The position numbers and the translations under genes are program-made. Positions 23,585 to 37,713 of a stretch of DNA of 64,000 bases are shown here, one piece after another; positions within the stretch are counted from its first letter, which is position 1; every line of letters starts with the position of its first letter. Location: positions 6,461,943 through 6,525,942 of the forward strand of contig CAVNZM010000002.1 in NCBI GenBank assembly GCA_963693365.1, read 5' to 3'. The notes under the pieces were generated by a model. That model was not told the DNA's origin, made no database searches, and saw only the letters and a program-made list of their open reading frames with translations. This DNA is from Amoebidium appalachense (lineage: Eukaryota > Protista > Ichthyosporea).

Positions 23585-24583
23585 ACTCAACTGAATCACA
23601 CACACACCGCCGTACCTTATGCATCCAACCGTTCCTGACATACTCTTCCCCCTAAACGACACCCATGACTACCGGCTTCGTTCCTTGTTGCGATTGATTG
23701 ATCGAAAATCCCCCCCCCCCCCCCCCCCCCCCCCTCCCCCTCCCCCCGCACACCACCACCACCACCTCCTTCTCATCACCCTGTTCACTCCTATTTGGCT
23801 ACTTTGGGCTGGAGGGACACAGCTTAACTGCACTCATTCTGCACATGATGTATCTTTCATAGATATATGTACGACTCTCCTTCCACATTCCCCACCATGC
23901 CCCGCAGAACCTGCCTTCTTTTTCACAACCCCACAAGGCTACCACCAACGTAAAAAACGTTATGTAGATGCTGGGCCACATAAACCAGGGTCCCCCTCTG
24001 TGAACAATGGCTGTTCCCACCACCAATTCTTCCCCTCTCCCCCTTTTGCCCAGATAGCAACGACAAACATTCCTCTCCTATCCCCTTAAAGCCACAAACG
24101 TTTTTGAGCTGCTACATGCCCCTCTTCACCCGACAGTCCCCGCCCATTATTAATAGAGGGAATAGGGGGAAAGCGGGGGAGGGTGGGGGGGGGGGGGGGG
24201 GGGGGGGGGGTGGGAGGGAGGTAGAGGGGAAGCGCGAGCATTTCATAAACTATAATACATACTTCTCAGGTTGTGTTCCATTACCCCCCCTCCCCCCCCT
24301 CCCCCCCCCCCCCTCCCCCCGCCCCCCTCTCCCCCCTGTCTCCCCCCCCCCCCCCCCCCCCCCCCCCCCGCCATCGGGGGTTCTCTTTTCGGCCTGCACA
24401 TATTGAACGATAACACTATACATCCCGTAAGCATTCATGACCCAAGTACTTAATGATATAGTCCGCTTTTACGTGTGAGCTTAAGCTGTTTTTTATCCTA
24501 GTAACCGTTAACTAATACGTAAGAGCGGCATCCGGGACCCGCTGTCACTTGCTTCCTTTGTTGTTCATCTTCACTGCATTAAA

Positions 24584-24626
<43 letters not shown>

Positions 24627-26433
24627 CCCCGCGCCCCCCACCCAATTCTCCCGTCCCCCCCTCCCCCCTCCCCCACGCCCCTCTACCTTCCCCCCCCTCC
24701 CCCCCCTCTCTCGGGGTGGCCACCTCTACAAAACACAGCTTCGTGTGGACAACCATATGTCAGCCATCTACCTGCTCAGAAAGAATCAGAAATGCCAAAA
24801 AGGACGACACATGGTGCCCCTTTCTTTTGGGCCCCCAGGGAAGGGGGTGAGGCTTTCTTTTCTTTTTTTTTTTTGTGGGGGGGCGGGAAGGGGGGGTTGT
24901 ATTTACTTGCGGAATGAGGGGCTACCCCCCCCCCCCCCCCCCCCTTGGTCCCAATGACTCTCCCCCTGTGTATTCGATGTGTCTCATTACTTGCCTTCCC
25001 CCCTTCCCCCGGGGTGGAAGTCTGCTTCCATACTTGAGTCAAGCAAGTAACGGGATGTATTGTGTAATCGTGGGATATGTGCGCCTAGAAAAAGATAGTG
25101 TTGGGACTGGGGGGTGGAGGTCACTGTGGGGAGGTGGCCATGGGCTGGGGGGTGGACGGGGAGTTTGGGAGAGGGAGGGGGGGATTGGAAGAGGGGGCGG
25201 GGGAGGTGGGGGGGGGGGGAGGGGAGGGGGGGGGGGGAAGGGGGGGAGGGGGGACACAGAGACTGATAGAGGAGCATGTTTGGGGCTTTCTGCCTACATC
25301 CCCGGCAAGGCCAATTCGTCCCAGGGCCCCATCAACTTGAACACTACACCTCTCCCCTCCTCGCTCGGAGTCCCGCCTCCCTCCCCCCACCTCTCACCCA
25401 TCTTTCTCTTTACCCTCATCATCCCCTACTAGTTTTCTCACCTTCCCCGGGCATCACCACCCTCTGCGACACCCTCGAGCTCCCCTCTCACATCCATACT
25501 ACTTCTGCTGTCTGCCTGTGAAACTTTCGTTGTGCATTCCGGTTGCATTAGGTATGTGCGTAAACTGGCGCGTGCCTTTATGTGCATAACTTGTCACAGG
25601 ACTTAGCTGTACATTTACAACGTTATCAACATGATGATGATGGCTGATTCATTGATGTAGATGTACATGGAGGCTCACGCACACAGATTTCGCGACACGC
25701 CCTTGCGTGTGTGCGTGCACATTACAAGTTCAGCATCAAGTGCTGCCAATTATTAGAATCACGTAAATATGTAGATACAGACACTGTACACGAATTGCCA
25801 ACCTGCACATTCATCCTATGCATGATATGATAAGTTATCGGACTGCACTGCCTATACATGCATGCTATCTTCAAGTTGAAAGCTACAAAAACGCTATAAA
25901 TTTTAAGTTGCCGAGCGCGCGCTGTGAGCAAGACTGCTGCTCCGGATGCTAAAAATAGGAATCGCCGGAAGGTTCTATGATCATTCAATCTGTTTCTGTT
26001 CTGTTGTGATGATGGGTAAGCCAATCAGGCATTTCCATGCCAACGTGTTTATTGGTCCGGAACGCATCCGCGATCTTCAATCTGTTTGATCTGTCGCCAC
26101 CATCCCGTGGCACACGCTGCCTCTGCTGTGACACACGTGAGATCGACAGGCACACGTGAGATCGAAAGGCGCACGCGACAGAGAGCCTGCTGGAGTGTTT
26201 GGTGAGCCCTGAAAAATAAAGATGTGTCGCCATCATCCCTCTCTTGGCTCACTCGCATGCGGAGTGGCTCTTGACGGCGAAGTAAAGCTGCCTCACATGT
26301 CACTTCATTCAGCCAGTTGCTTGTACACTTGTCAGAGAAATTGACTGCAAAAAAGCCGTTTACGTAAAAGCGTCAACGAAATTCGGTTTTATATGTACAC
26401 GTAAACCTTTCTTTTGTTTTTTGTGCCTGCAAA

Positions 26434-27440
26434 ATGAGTGACAGCAAAGGCCCTCCAATCTCCAGTTTTGCCAGCTGGCAGGGCTACGGAAAGACTCTGA
26501 TTGCAAAGTGCCTGCTTTTCCTTTATCTCGTTTTAGCTTTCTCCCTGTTTGTGTCTGCAAACGAAACTGCCCCTCGCACCATGGACCGCCGCGCCATCTC
26601 CAAGAAACCCGTGGTAAAAATCACCCTCGACCTTACAGTGAACAGCACATGGCCAGACTTCGCTGATGTCGTCTGCAAGGAAACCGGGCTCCCTGCTTGT
26701 TGTGGGCCCATTGCACCCCGTGTAGACGTGTTTGACCAGAACGGAAATCCTGTTGCAAACGGCTCCCAGGCAATGCTGGGCAGTAAAGGTTACATCTATC
26801 GTGTGGCACCAGCAAACATCGTTTCCAGCAACCAGAGAGACCCACCGGCCGGCGTTGTGTGGAGAAAAACGAAACTTTGGAGCACACACTACAACGAAGG
26901 CCCCAAAGCCGACGACGTGCTTATTAAGGTGGGTGTATACACGTTGCATAAATAGCCAAGATCAATCATTTTTCTCTCTTAGAATTGGTATGAAATTAGC
27001 ATAGCCTACGGTATATACATTGTCACATGTACAGGCAGGGTTCACATCATCATTGAAAACACTTTTCTGTTAGTGTGCTTCAGCCTAGGTTGCAATTTCA
27101 AATCAGTATACACGTCCCCAGGTCCAGTTCACTCAAGCTCGTCTACATATTGATACCTACAGAGCTAGTATAATACCACGAAACAATAAGCTACGTAACA
27201 GTTGGTTGTCTGTGAATATCATTGGGTGGGTCCTAGGAGCTTACATTCTAAGTTCATTTCTATACACAAATGCTTCGTAATTGAAAGCAAAATCTACTTT
27301 GCGCATACCATTACATTTGGTATATCATGGCTGGCTACACCGTGCACGTGCAAGCAGAAGTAAACACAAACACCGAGTATTGTCCGGCTTTATCGGGTAC
27401 CCATAGAACAATTCTGGCTGCACAAAACTACCATATAAAA

Positions 27441-27534
<94 letters not shown>

Positions 27535-30500
27535 GCTCAAATGAAATCAACCCCGCATTATGCGGCAAAAACTTTGCACTATAGGCAACCAGCTATTCAC
27601 CCCTGATCTGATCCGTATCTCGGCACTCCATTCCTCATGCAGGCCATGCAAGAGCTGGTGTGCATCGACGTGTTTTCTGACACCCCTCTCATTATGGAGC
27701 TTCACTCTGTCGACTGGGAAAACATCACGAACTTAACTGGGGTGCCCCTGAACGAGAGACCCGACTTGGCCATCATCAGAACGATGTTTGTTGGCGCACT
27801 CACCGAGTTACATATTATAAGGGTATAGCCACTTTCCTACCCGGCCCGTTTAGGCCCCACTGCTCTTCTCTCATGAGTCTCCCCCCCTCCCCCCCCCCCC
27901 CTCCCCTCCCCTCCTGTGCCTCCGCTTGCCCATAAGCTCTCACCCGCTCACCTCCCCTATCCATCCTCAAACCTCTAGATCTACTTGTAGACGATAACCT
28001 TGCTACTTGCTAGTCTAAAAACTTGGACAAACACATCCGTGGCCGTGGATTTAATTTAGGGAAGAAACGACAATGAACAGAAATACCAATTCTTTCCTTA
28101 TCCTTTTGTATTTTTTCTTTTTCTAGGGGAGGAGGGGGAAGGGGGGGGGGGGGGGAAGGGATGTTCCTGCCTGCTCAGGAGAGAAATCGCCCTTACAATA
28201 ATCAAATAAACATCCTAGAATGAAAGGTCGAAACTGCAAAACGGGTTTAGACTTACCAATACATATTCACAGGACCTGTCGGATATGATCCTGGAATCCC
28301 TGTCGTTGACGGGTCAAGACATCACGTACGACGTGACCAGCCAGTACTACAAGGAGTTTGTCGTCAACGGTGCTTGGGTGGCCTTGCCGCTAACAGCTGA
28401 CGCTAGGATTGTTCTGTTCAACAAAACAACATTCGACACTCTAACTCAAAATGGATTTCCGCTTGAGTATCCGCCACCATACGGTAACTGGTCGGACCCG
28501 TACGTCGACTCTTGGGACTATGCGACGTTTGTCGACACCGCCAAAAACATCACTAAGGGGTTGCGGGCTATGGGGGTTGAGAATGCTTACGGGTAAGTGG
28601 AGCGCAATGATAAAAACACGCTGGCAAATGTGTTTAAATCATAGGTCATTTAGTAGTGTGATAGATTCTGAGCACACATCCTTTAATCGATATAGAGAAC
28701 CCTGCATTCACCACGAGGGAGGGAAAGCTGGGATGATCAGCATGGGTATGAAATAAGGACATAGTTTTTTGTAACAACTTATTCAATCACTGACTTCATG
28801 ATGATTAGTTCAACAATTCAGAGGGTGAACTCCACACATCTCCTCACCTTAATATCGAGACCCTTGAAGAAATTCTTCTTTCCAGTGTTTACAAATACAT
28901 TATTCATATACTACTGTAACAACCACCACCAAGTGACACCACACTTTATTAACATATTGATCCTGATAGCTGTGACCCAGGGCTTGCCAATGACCATAGT
29001 ATTTCTGGAACCTTGCCAACATACAATGTCGTGCTTCCTGTACTGCTAAATCGTGTTCCTACAACAGGTTCACGTTTGAGCCACGAGATCGTGAGTGCCT
29101 CAAACTCGTCAGCATGATGGTGCGGCCATTTGGGGGGCTCATGTTCCAACGGCTGCTCAACGGTACCTATATCTGCACCATGACTCAGCCGGGCTACCGC
29201 ACAGGACTCAACGATACCATTATGGAGCTGGTTCGCAGCGGCTCCTGGGAACCCACATTCCCAATGAGTGACCCAGACTTTATCGAGTGGCTCAAAGAAT
29301 GGCCCAACGTTGACAGGTAAGCGTAAGGATTCGAAGTTACCCGTTTGTGCCATGGTGGTCATAAGCATAAGGATTTGATAACGCGTTTTGTGCCACGCCG
29401 TCATAAATCAGCTTCAGTGTGTCCTGAATACTAATACATGTATACATGGTGTAATGACTCTATATCATGATATTAATTCCCAGGAAAGCTAATGTTCCGT
29501 TAATTACACAGCACCAAGATACCATTTGAGTCGGCATATTTGGAACCTGGCCACCCCATTTATGGAATGCGGTTTGCGGCCTTCAACCATGACTACCGCG
29601 ACAAACCTGAGATGTTGGTTGCATATGCACCGGGAGGACCCAGCTATAGCGGCGGCACGGGTATAGCCATGGTGAAGACAAACAAAACTACCGTAAACAC
29701 GAACGGAGTGCGGTGGAACTACATGAGCCTGGTTGCCAACAAGCAGCGGCCGTACCTTCACGCAATGAACTTGAAAATAGGTCGTGTGCCCCCTTACCTT
29801 GGTGCTCTGGACATAGTCCCTTGGAACACGCCTGAATGGAGCACCTATGTCCAGCAGCTCAAGCTTACAGCTGCCCCCTACTACCCGTTTAGCTCTCCGC
29901 CGCAAATGGTTCCGATTATGGCGCAGGGCCCCACCCGTGCCATGGTGGTCGAGATGATTGTGAAGAACGTTTCCATTGAGCAGGCAACCACTACGGCGTG
30001 CGAGAAAGTTACTGACATGTTCCGTCCCATTTGTGGCCCGCAACACTTGGTCGCCGATACCACAAACGAATGCAACCAGCCACCTTACGGCTTCAAGGAG
30101 GTGTCGTTTCAGTGGAAATGGATTGGTGTGTGCAAGCAAGGGATACCCCTTCCGGAGACCTTCCTTATGGAGTGTCTGCATCTCGCTGATAGAATGGGCA
30201 TAGCTATGGCCTTCCACACACTTACGGCTTTAGCAGTGGGGTTCATTGTTCTCATGCTTGTGTTTATATGGATTAAGCGGGATCACAAACTGTTGCGTGC
30301 AGGTAGCGTCATGTTTAGTTCCTTTATGCTTTTCGGTTGTATTCTGCTTTGCATTGCACCCAACTTCTTGCTGGGTCGGCCTGAGGTATGGAAGCCGCAC
30401 GTGGCTGTGTGGTGCTTCAGCATTGGTATCACCACAACGTTCGGTGCTCTACTCATAAAGGTAACTACTCCCCCCTCCTTCTCTTTTCTCTCAATTTCCC

Positions 30501-30535
30501 GCCCTCCCTCACCATGCTTACCTATCTCCCGTCTA

Positions 30536-30568
<33 letters not shown>

Positions 30569-32143
30569 GCACACACACACCACCCCCACCAAAAAAAAAA
30601 AAAAGGGGGGGGGGGGGGGGGATGGGGAAAAAAAAAGAAATCCCGAATCCACCCACCTAAACGTGCCACTCCGCCCTGGCCCTACCTTCTCCCAATAGAG
30701 TACAACAACTTGGCTGTATGAAAAATATGCCACATCAGTTCCCCATACAAGATTACTATTCAAATGCACACCATCGGGACGATACACACCCCAAAATGAT
30801 TAAATAGATGGGACAAGCCGTTCAAACAAAAAAAGTTGAAAAGGGGAAAACGTGATAACAAAAAAAGAACACGCCAATCGCGCACACATGGAGCCCGTGT
30901 CATTAGTATTCCACATGAGCCCTTAACATCAGCGCTACCTTCACAGACGTGGCGGATTGGGCACATCTTCTACAACGTACACATGTCGCTGGGCAAGGAC
31001 CGCCGTGGACTGCTGCAAGACGGCAGCCTTTTGGGCATCCTAGCCGCCATCGTCTTTGTGCAAGTCATCTTGTGTGCTGTATATAGCAGCGTGGCCCCCA
31101 TCACGGTCGCATTTGAGTACATAACCACCACAGTAGACTACCCGGCTACAAATTACACCAATGCTGGAAAATTCACAATAGACGACGTACAATTTAGGAC
31201 GTATTCTTTCGGCTCTACCGTGCTGATGGCCATTATTCTCTACATAGCGGCGCTGATTGTCTGTGCCTGCGTCATGTCCTTCCGCATCAGGAATGTGCCG
31301 CATCAGTTTAAGGTAGGCCTCAGTTGGCCTCTCCGTATCCTGCATTCATTGATAATAAGTGTTGTTTTGTGGCATGTGGCCGTATGGCAGGCAGCATATG
31401 ATATTTCTATCGCTTCAAGTATCACATTGTTTCTTCACAGTGTACCTGTGGTGGCCTCCGGATGCCGTAGATATTATTGCCGTAGCAGCTACCACTGTGC
31501 TGATGCTGCTGTCTTTTGCTTTTTGCAGGAGACCAAGTTGATTCTGGCTGTGGCCTACCAATGCGCCATGACCGGCATCATTGTCGTCCCCATGCTCGTG
31601 TTTGTGGATGCCCCAAAGGTGCGACTTATCATCCTGTGGGCCGGTTGCTTTTCTGCCGCCCTCTTCATCACCAGCGTCTTTATGGTGCCCAAGTTACTCG
31701 CCGTCACAAACCTCATCCACCTTTCCACCTCTAAATCGACGTCGGCAACCCCAGGGTTTGGTGGTTCACACTCCAAATCCCGAACCACACGTCGGTCTGG
31801 CCCTCGAACTGGCACGGACGGCAGCAAGACGAAAAGCAAGAGCCAGGGCCAAGAATCCACGGCCACGGACGGCACGGAGGTTGAGCCCACGGCACACGAA
31901 AAAAAACTGCGCGAGGAGCTGGCCCTCATGTCGGCAAAGCTGGCGGACCTGGAGGCCAAGATGAAAGTTATGGGCAATATCCACGTGGGCAACCGTCTGA
32001 CCGCCGCAGCAACCATGGCTACCACGTGCACACCAGCTCTTATCCTCCCTGCTGAAAGCAACTACCCTGCTGAGACTAACGGTCCGGGAATCGAGAGTGC
32101 GGCCCGCTCTCAGGATGCTCTCATGACTCCTGGGGAGTGCTAG
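26434..32143 (+). CDS. Class C GPCR-like receptor with solute-binding-protein domain, paralogue 2 (about 1057 aa)
   Basis: Exons 26434-26928, 27643-27822, 28273-28592, 29068-29316, 29512-30460, 30947-31312, 31529-32143. All introns GT-AG. Internal exon lengths 180/320/249/949/366 match the paralogues. Same SBP and 7TM motifs (LLIKTWRIGHIF, RNVPHQFKETKLI). Confidence 0.92.
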
Positions 32144-32606
32144 AATACATAACACATGTGGGTAGCACAGTTATAGTATCGATATATATATACGGTTGTG
32201 TGCCGATGATATTGTCTTCGAATGGCCGTTTCAATATGAATATGGTCTCAAAGAACTAACGGTTTTGTACCCATTCCCTCAAGTGTCACTGATTTCAGCG
32301 AAGATAAAGGGAACCCGAACACTGCAATAGTTCTAAGAAAGCAAACGTGACGGCTGCTAAGTAAACAAAAAATATAATAACAACCAACCAAGTACTTCTG
32401 ATTGCAAAACCAAAAGCAGTTGACACAGACGGTGACATTGAATTTTATTTGCTGGCCTCCGGTTACACTGTCAGGCTGTATCTTCGACCCCGTACCACTC
32501 AACCATTTCACTTATAGCCTACCCTCCTCTGCATTTCGAGCATTATTGGCCCTCCTTGTTGTGAATGGTGGTGAGGAAGGGGAGCAGGGTGGGTGGGTGG
32601 GTGGGT

Positions 32607-32638
<32 letters not shown>

Positions 32639-33139
32639 GGAAGAGAAAGAGAGAGGTTGAGTCCACCATGGTTAGGATTCAGCGAGTCATCGAGCTTCAC
32701 TTTTCTATATCAATAACAGGGCCCAACTCAGCACCCCGAAAGAAGCTACTCAGGTGTTTGTTACATTCCATCCCGTGTGTGAGCAAGTTGAAAACCGGGT
32801 TTATTTTATATATGTACATATGTACATATATAACTACATATGCAATCCCCAACTTCTGCCCAACATTGTCGGCAAACACCACCTCTCTTCTAGACGTGCT
32901 TTAGACGTGCATTTCTTCTCCAACCCCCCCCCCCCCCCCCCCCCCCCCCACCACCACCACCACCACCACCACCACCACCAAAAGAGGAGGGAAATTAAAA
33001 GCAACACCGCTACTCCCATTTTAGCCGCTGGGCGGAGAGATGCATTTGAGAAATGTGGCTCTCGAATGGTTAGCACCCAGACGCTAAAATGGAAGAAGCG
33101 GTGGTTGGTTTAAAAGGATGGGATAGGGCCGGGAGGGGG

Positions 33140-35305
33140 GCATGGCACCGACCCACGTGGAACGACCCACATGGAACAGCCCATTTCCGCTTTTGCCCCG
33201 GTGACTGCAAATACGGCCACTCCCTTGGGAACCTGGCCTACACCCCGGCCACCCTCTCCCCCAGCCCCGGGTACGCAGACGGAGAGGGGGAAAGGTCAGA
33301 CACGGAGCCAGAATCGGAGTCGACGGGGCCCAGCGACGACTCCGACGACTCAGAGGACTCCAGCACCGACAGCACCGACAGCCAATACGAGCCCCCTGAG
33401 CCCCCAGCCGATAACAACACCCACAACAAGCAGTATGTGGGGTGGACCCGTGCTGTGGAGGTGATACGGGCAGACCCCTATGTGGCCTTCAAGACCTGAA
33501 TCACCACCCACACGGTAGTCCCGAAATACCACAAGGACTTCATCAACACCGACAGCATTTACATCTACCAAGTCATCACACTGAAGGATGGCTCCGACCC
33601 AGCCGAGCAGTGGAGGAAGATACATCATTTTCGGCGGCATCTTCCCCCCCACCAACAGGCATCACCCCAGATGCTCCACCTACAAGCCAACGAGGAGGCC
33701 ACACCTTTGCCGGGGGACCTCCCCGGCTCACCACCCACCCAGCAGCCACCACCGGTGGGGTCACCACCAGGACACAAGTGCACGGGCCACCCGGCTGACC
33801 TGCCGAGTCCACCCACTCCCCGTAGGCTCACCTACACTGACTTGGTGCCCCAGGTCACCTATGACGAGTGGCAGCAGCAAATCAACCTGCTCCCCCCATA
33901 CCAACCGATCACCGTTTACACGGACGGCAGCCTCACCCATTCGGGCAGGAGGACAGCCCAGGCCGGAGCCGGGGCTGTGCTGGACACCACGGACCGAAAA
34001 GCACCACCAGTGACGGCCAAACCAGGCTCCACACGGCCCTATCATCCACCCAGGCCGAACTCACAGGGGTAGTACTAGCCCTCCAACTAACCCCACAACC
34101 ACCCCCATCCACATCAAGGTCGACAACCTTGGAGTCCAATATGGACCCCACCACACCCCCTCAACGGAAGCTAAAATTCCCCCACATAGTGGAATGGGCC
34201 CATGTACGAGACCAACTCTCCCTACGGCAACCAGGCTCTGTACAAGTATCGTGGGTGAAGGGCACCAATCCAACACCAAACGGTACGGTCAACGGAACAA
34301 CGAGGCAGACAAGGCAGCCAATGCAGGAAGGGCCCTCCCCCTCCCCCCCCCCCCCTACCTCCGGCCCCAGGAAGGGGGAAATACTTCCTACGACTACAAG
34401 GCCACCGTATCCCCGGCAACATTCCCGGTACACTGAACCGATTGAACAAGGACTTCCTCACCGACATGGCCGGCAAGATCTCCCAGACTGCTACCAGCCG
34501 AACGGAACCCCCTCAAGCTCAACAAGGGGCCCGCACAGGCAACCATCGGGGCCGTCAGAGGCAACACTCGTAGCCTGTCCCTGGCTATGGGCACCCTGCC
34601 TACCATGACACGACTACACCGAGATCACCCCACCGTCGTTACACAGCCCACATGCCCCCGGTGCAGCCAGCACCCGGAGACCACCACCCACCTCTGGGCC
34701 TGCCCGGCCCACGCTGGGAGGTCCCCACCCTGACCACGGCCATCACAGCCTGCATCCACAACGTCCTGAGCACTCGTCACCCAAACACCCCCACGGCACA
34801 GCACCAACACACGGCAGCCACGGTGGTAGACCAATGTGCATGGATAAACTGGATAGGAGGCAAGGGTGACCCACCAGACACCGAGGACATCAAGTGGGTT
34901 GAACGAGGGTTCTGCCCACGATCGGTGGGCCCAATACTAGCAGCCTCCGGCACCACCAAGATCACCACCCGGGCCATCTTAGGAAAAATCACAGTAGAGT
35001 TGCAGTCTTTTTTCTTTTCAAAAATATGGCACCCACGTAACACCACACTACCCCTCACCCACCCCAAAATGCAAAAACACCACCATACAACCAGCACCCG
35101 TAGAAAGAAAAGCACGGCACCCCAAAAACCCAAGACACACACAAATACACCCCCCACACACACCCGGCCTGCCTGCCCTGACTGCCGGACCACACACAGA
35201 CCCAATGTGCCTTGCAAAATCCACCTTTTAGTTTACAAAAACATTGCCTCAAGATACGCACAACAACACATAATGTTAGGTAGCAACCCCCCACCACCAC
35301 CATAA
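33140..35305 (+). mobile_element. 5'-truncated, frameshifted non-LTR retrotransposon (RNase H plus C-terminal zinc finger)
   Basis: Across frames: ITVYTDGS...AGAGAV, LSSTQAELTGVVLAL, HIKVDN, WVKG(H), NNEADKAA (RNase H catalytic D-E-D-D set), then LPTMTRLHRDHP...CPRCSQHPETTTHLWAC (zf-RVT-like). No RT core seen. Boundaries approximate. Confidence 0.8.
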
Positions 35306-36290
35306 CCACACCCCATCATCCACCCATACCCACCGTAAATACTATACACAACACTTAGGACTTCACAATACTGTAGATCGACCAATGAGAGCCCTCGGTT
35401 AACGTTTCTTGCTAGGTTTTGAATGGAGGGGAGGACTGGAGCCTCCTGCCGGCGTGGCTGGGGTAGTAGCCCTGGGCAAAGTGTGTGCTTATAGTTAGGT
35501 TGTGAAGGATGATTTAGCTTAGCTGAACTCATACATAGCACCTTAACTAGTGTACTGTCGGTGCTGTGTGGTAGACGGTAGTTTCCCTAGGGGGCCTGGA
35601 TAGGCTCTCCGGGAACAAAACGTGATAAAATAAAAAATATGAAGAAAAAAATATAAAAAAGGGGCGGGAGGGTGGGGGGGGGAAGAGGGGGAGGGGCCGG
35701 GGGAGGGGGGTGGGGGAAAGGGGGGGAGGCAAGAGAAGTGAGAGGGAGAGACAAAGAGAGGAGAGACAGAGAGAGAGAGAGAGGAGAAACAGAGAGAGAG
35801 AGAGAGAAAGGGGGGGGGGGGGGGGGAAGTGTGTGTGTGTGTGTGAAAGGAGAGAGGTTAAGGGGGAGGGAGGGAGGTAGGGGGGAGGGGGGAGGGGGGA
35901 GGTAGGGGAACAAATCCAAGCTGGCATCATTATGGAAACCCGAATTTTTTATTGATAACAAAAATCTTATGAACTCTGCAAAAAAAGAGAAAAAGTCGGA
36001 AAAATATCCAACATCATCCTCATTTAACAATTTTTTTGCCCAATTCCTCCTCGTTCTACCGAAGCTCCGTCATACTTCTTAATGTAAAGAGAGCGCAACT
36101 GTTAAATTTCTAGGAGGCCGCATCTATGAGAAGGCCCCGAGGGGGGGGGGGGGGGAGGAGGGGAGGAGGGGAGGTTGTATGTTGTGGGTAGGGCCCTTGG
36201 GTAGTGATGCTGTGATCCCCTCAGTCCCCACTCCTCCCCAGCCAGGCATGTCAGACGACAGATGTGGTGCGCGTGCGCGCGCGTGCGTGC

Positions 36291-36319
<29 letters not shown>

Positions 36320-36328
<9 letters not shown>

Positions 36329-36729
36329 TGTAGATGGGGAAGTAGATGACGCGGAGTGGTAGTTTAATAATAATACTCGGGCTTGTATACCATGTATTTA
36401 TAGTTAGGTAAATGTATAAACCGTGTACAGGCAGTGTGAATAGAACCACGGTGAGCTTACAAGGGTGCTCTGCCAACGTTAGTTACACCAAAATGAACGG
36501 TGACCTAAGGAGCGCATCACCACTCGTTCATAAGCTAAGCGTTGGTCTAGAATGTAAAAATACACACTAGCGGACTTAGTCCCTGCCTTAGGCGTCCCAA
36601 GTAGCTATACGCGAACTGGTTCGAGCCGGTGTATGGCTATATGTTATAGTGGACACTGTGATCAATGGTACACGGTAATCGGTGAAGTGAGGTTTTCGAT
36701 GGTCACACAAGCCTTATTGTATCCGAAAA
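36320..36729. repeat. Pseudo-LTR, 3' copy
   Basis: Matches 42126-42533 apart from a 2-bp indel and one substitution (accacggtgagcttacaagg vs accagtgagcttacatgg). Confidence 0.92.
36420..36676 (+). ncRNA. Candidate structured RNA inside the pseudo-LTR (second copy about 42226-42480)
   Basis: Nested complementary segments plus a potential pseudoknot, read by eye. G-U pairs favour the + strand. No expression evidence. Confidence 0.4.
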
Positions 36730-37095
36730 TCAATAGCGTAGGCTAATCAGCGGGGTTACGTTCAAGGGATCTTATACGTCTAAATGTGATACATTCGGGT
36801 CATTACATTGGGTGAGGATAAAACCAACATTCTTGAATCATAGAAACTCCGGAAATGAGAAAAAGTTGGAAAAACTGAGTTTAAGAAGAAATGACGAAAG
36901 AAATTACATATCTATCTATGGAAGCGGTGCCGGGTGTGTGTGCGCGGTGCTGGGTGTGTGCGCGCGAAGGTGTGAATTCGGTATGGTATTTGGGAATGTG
37001 GTCATGTTGTGGTGGATTGTGATCAAAGTGTAGTGAACGAGCGCGATCGGATATTCATAGAGAGGAAAATAGGGAGGGAGAGGGGGAGAGAGAGG

Positions 37096-37162
<67 letters not shown>

Positions 37163-37277
37163 TAGAAAAAGAAAAGGAAATGAAAAGAAGAGGAAAAGGA
37201 TATGTGTGTCTGCATATGTGGGTGTGTGTGTGTCTGTAAGTGGGGAGTGAGGTGTGTGCATGTATTTGTACGTGTGT

Positions 37278-37316
<39 letters not shown>

Positions 37317-37713
37317 CTACGTGTTTGTTGTGTGTTGGGGAAGAAAAGTTAGTGTTGATGTAATCGTGGTCACATGGAGAACCATAAGCAAGTACGAAAT
37401 CTATGTCAAAGTATTTAGACTATCCAAGAGAAATATGGGGAGAGAGAAAGAACGGTTAGCGGGAGAGGGTTGTTAGTTGATGTACCTGTCGGGTTGTGTA
37501 TATGAATGTGTGACAGTGTATAACAGTGTGTGGGTGTGGGTGTGGGTGTGTATAGATGTGTGTGCATGGGTGTGTGTGTGTGTGTTGGGGGGTGAATGTA
37601 TGTTTGCATCAAGCAGTGTATTGACGTGACGGGGTTTGGTTTATGGGGAGATCGGGAGGAGGGGGAAAAAGTGTAAAGGGGGGTAAAGCTGTGGAGGTTA
37701 GTGTATTAGTGAG

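Noticed and set aside
29504-32155. Antisense ORFs over the receptor exons (e.g. 29504-30217, 31555-32061; likewise 55240-55752, 57286-57777)
   Set aside because: Shadow ORFs of GC-rich coding exons with no independent protein features.
35425-35485. HDV-ribozyme-like string (agcctcctgccggcgtggctggg) after the LINE
   Set aside because: No upstream P1 partner was found, so the nested double pseudoknot cannot be built.
36340-36640. tRNA gene or hammerhead ribozyme in the pseudo-LTR
   Set aside because: GGTTCGAGCC is present but there is no cloverleaf, and no CTGANGA...GAAA core was seen on either strand.
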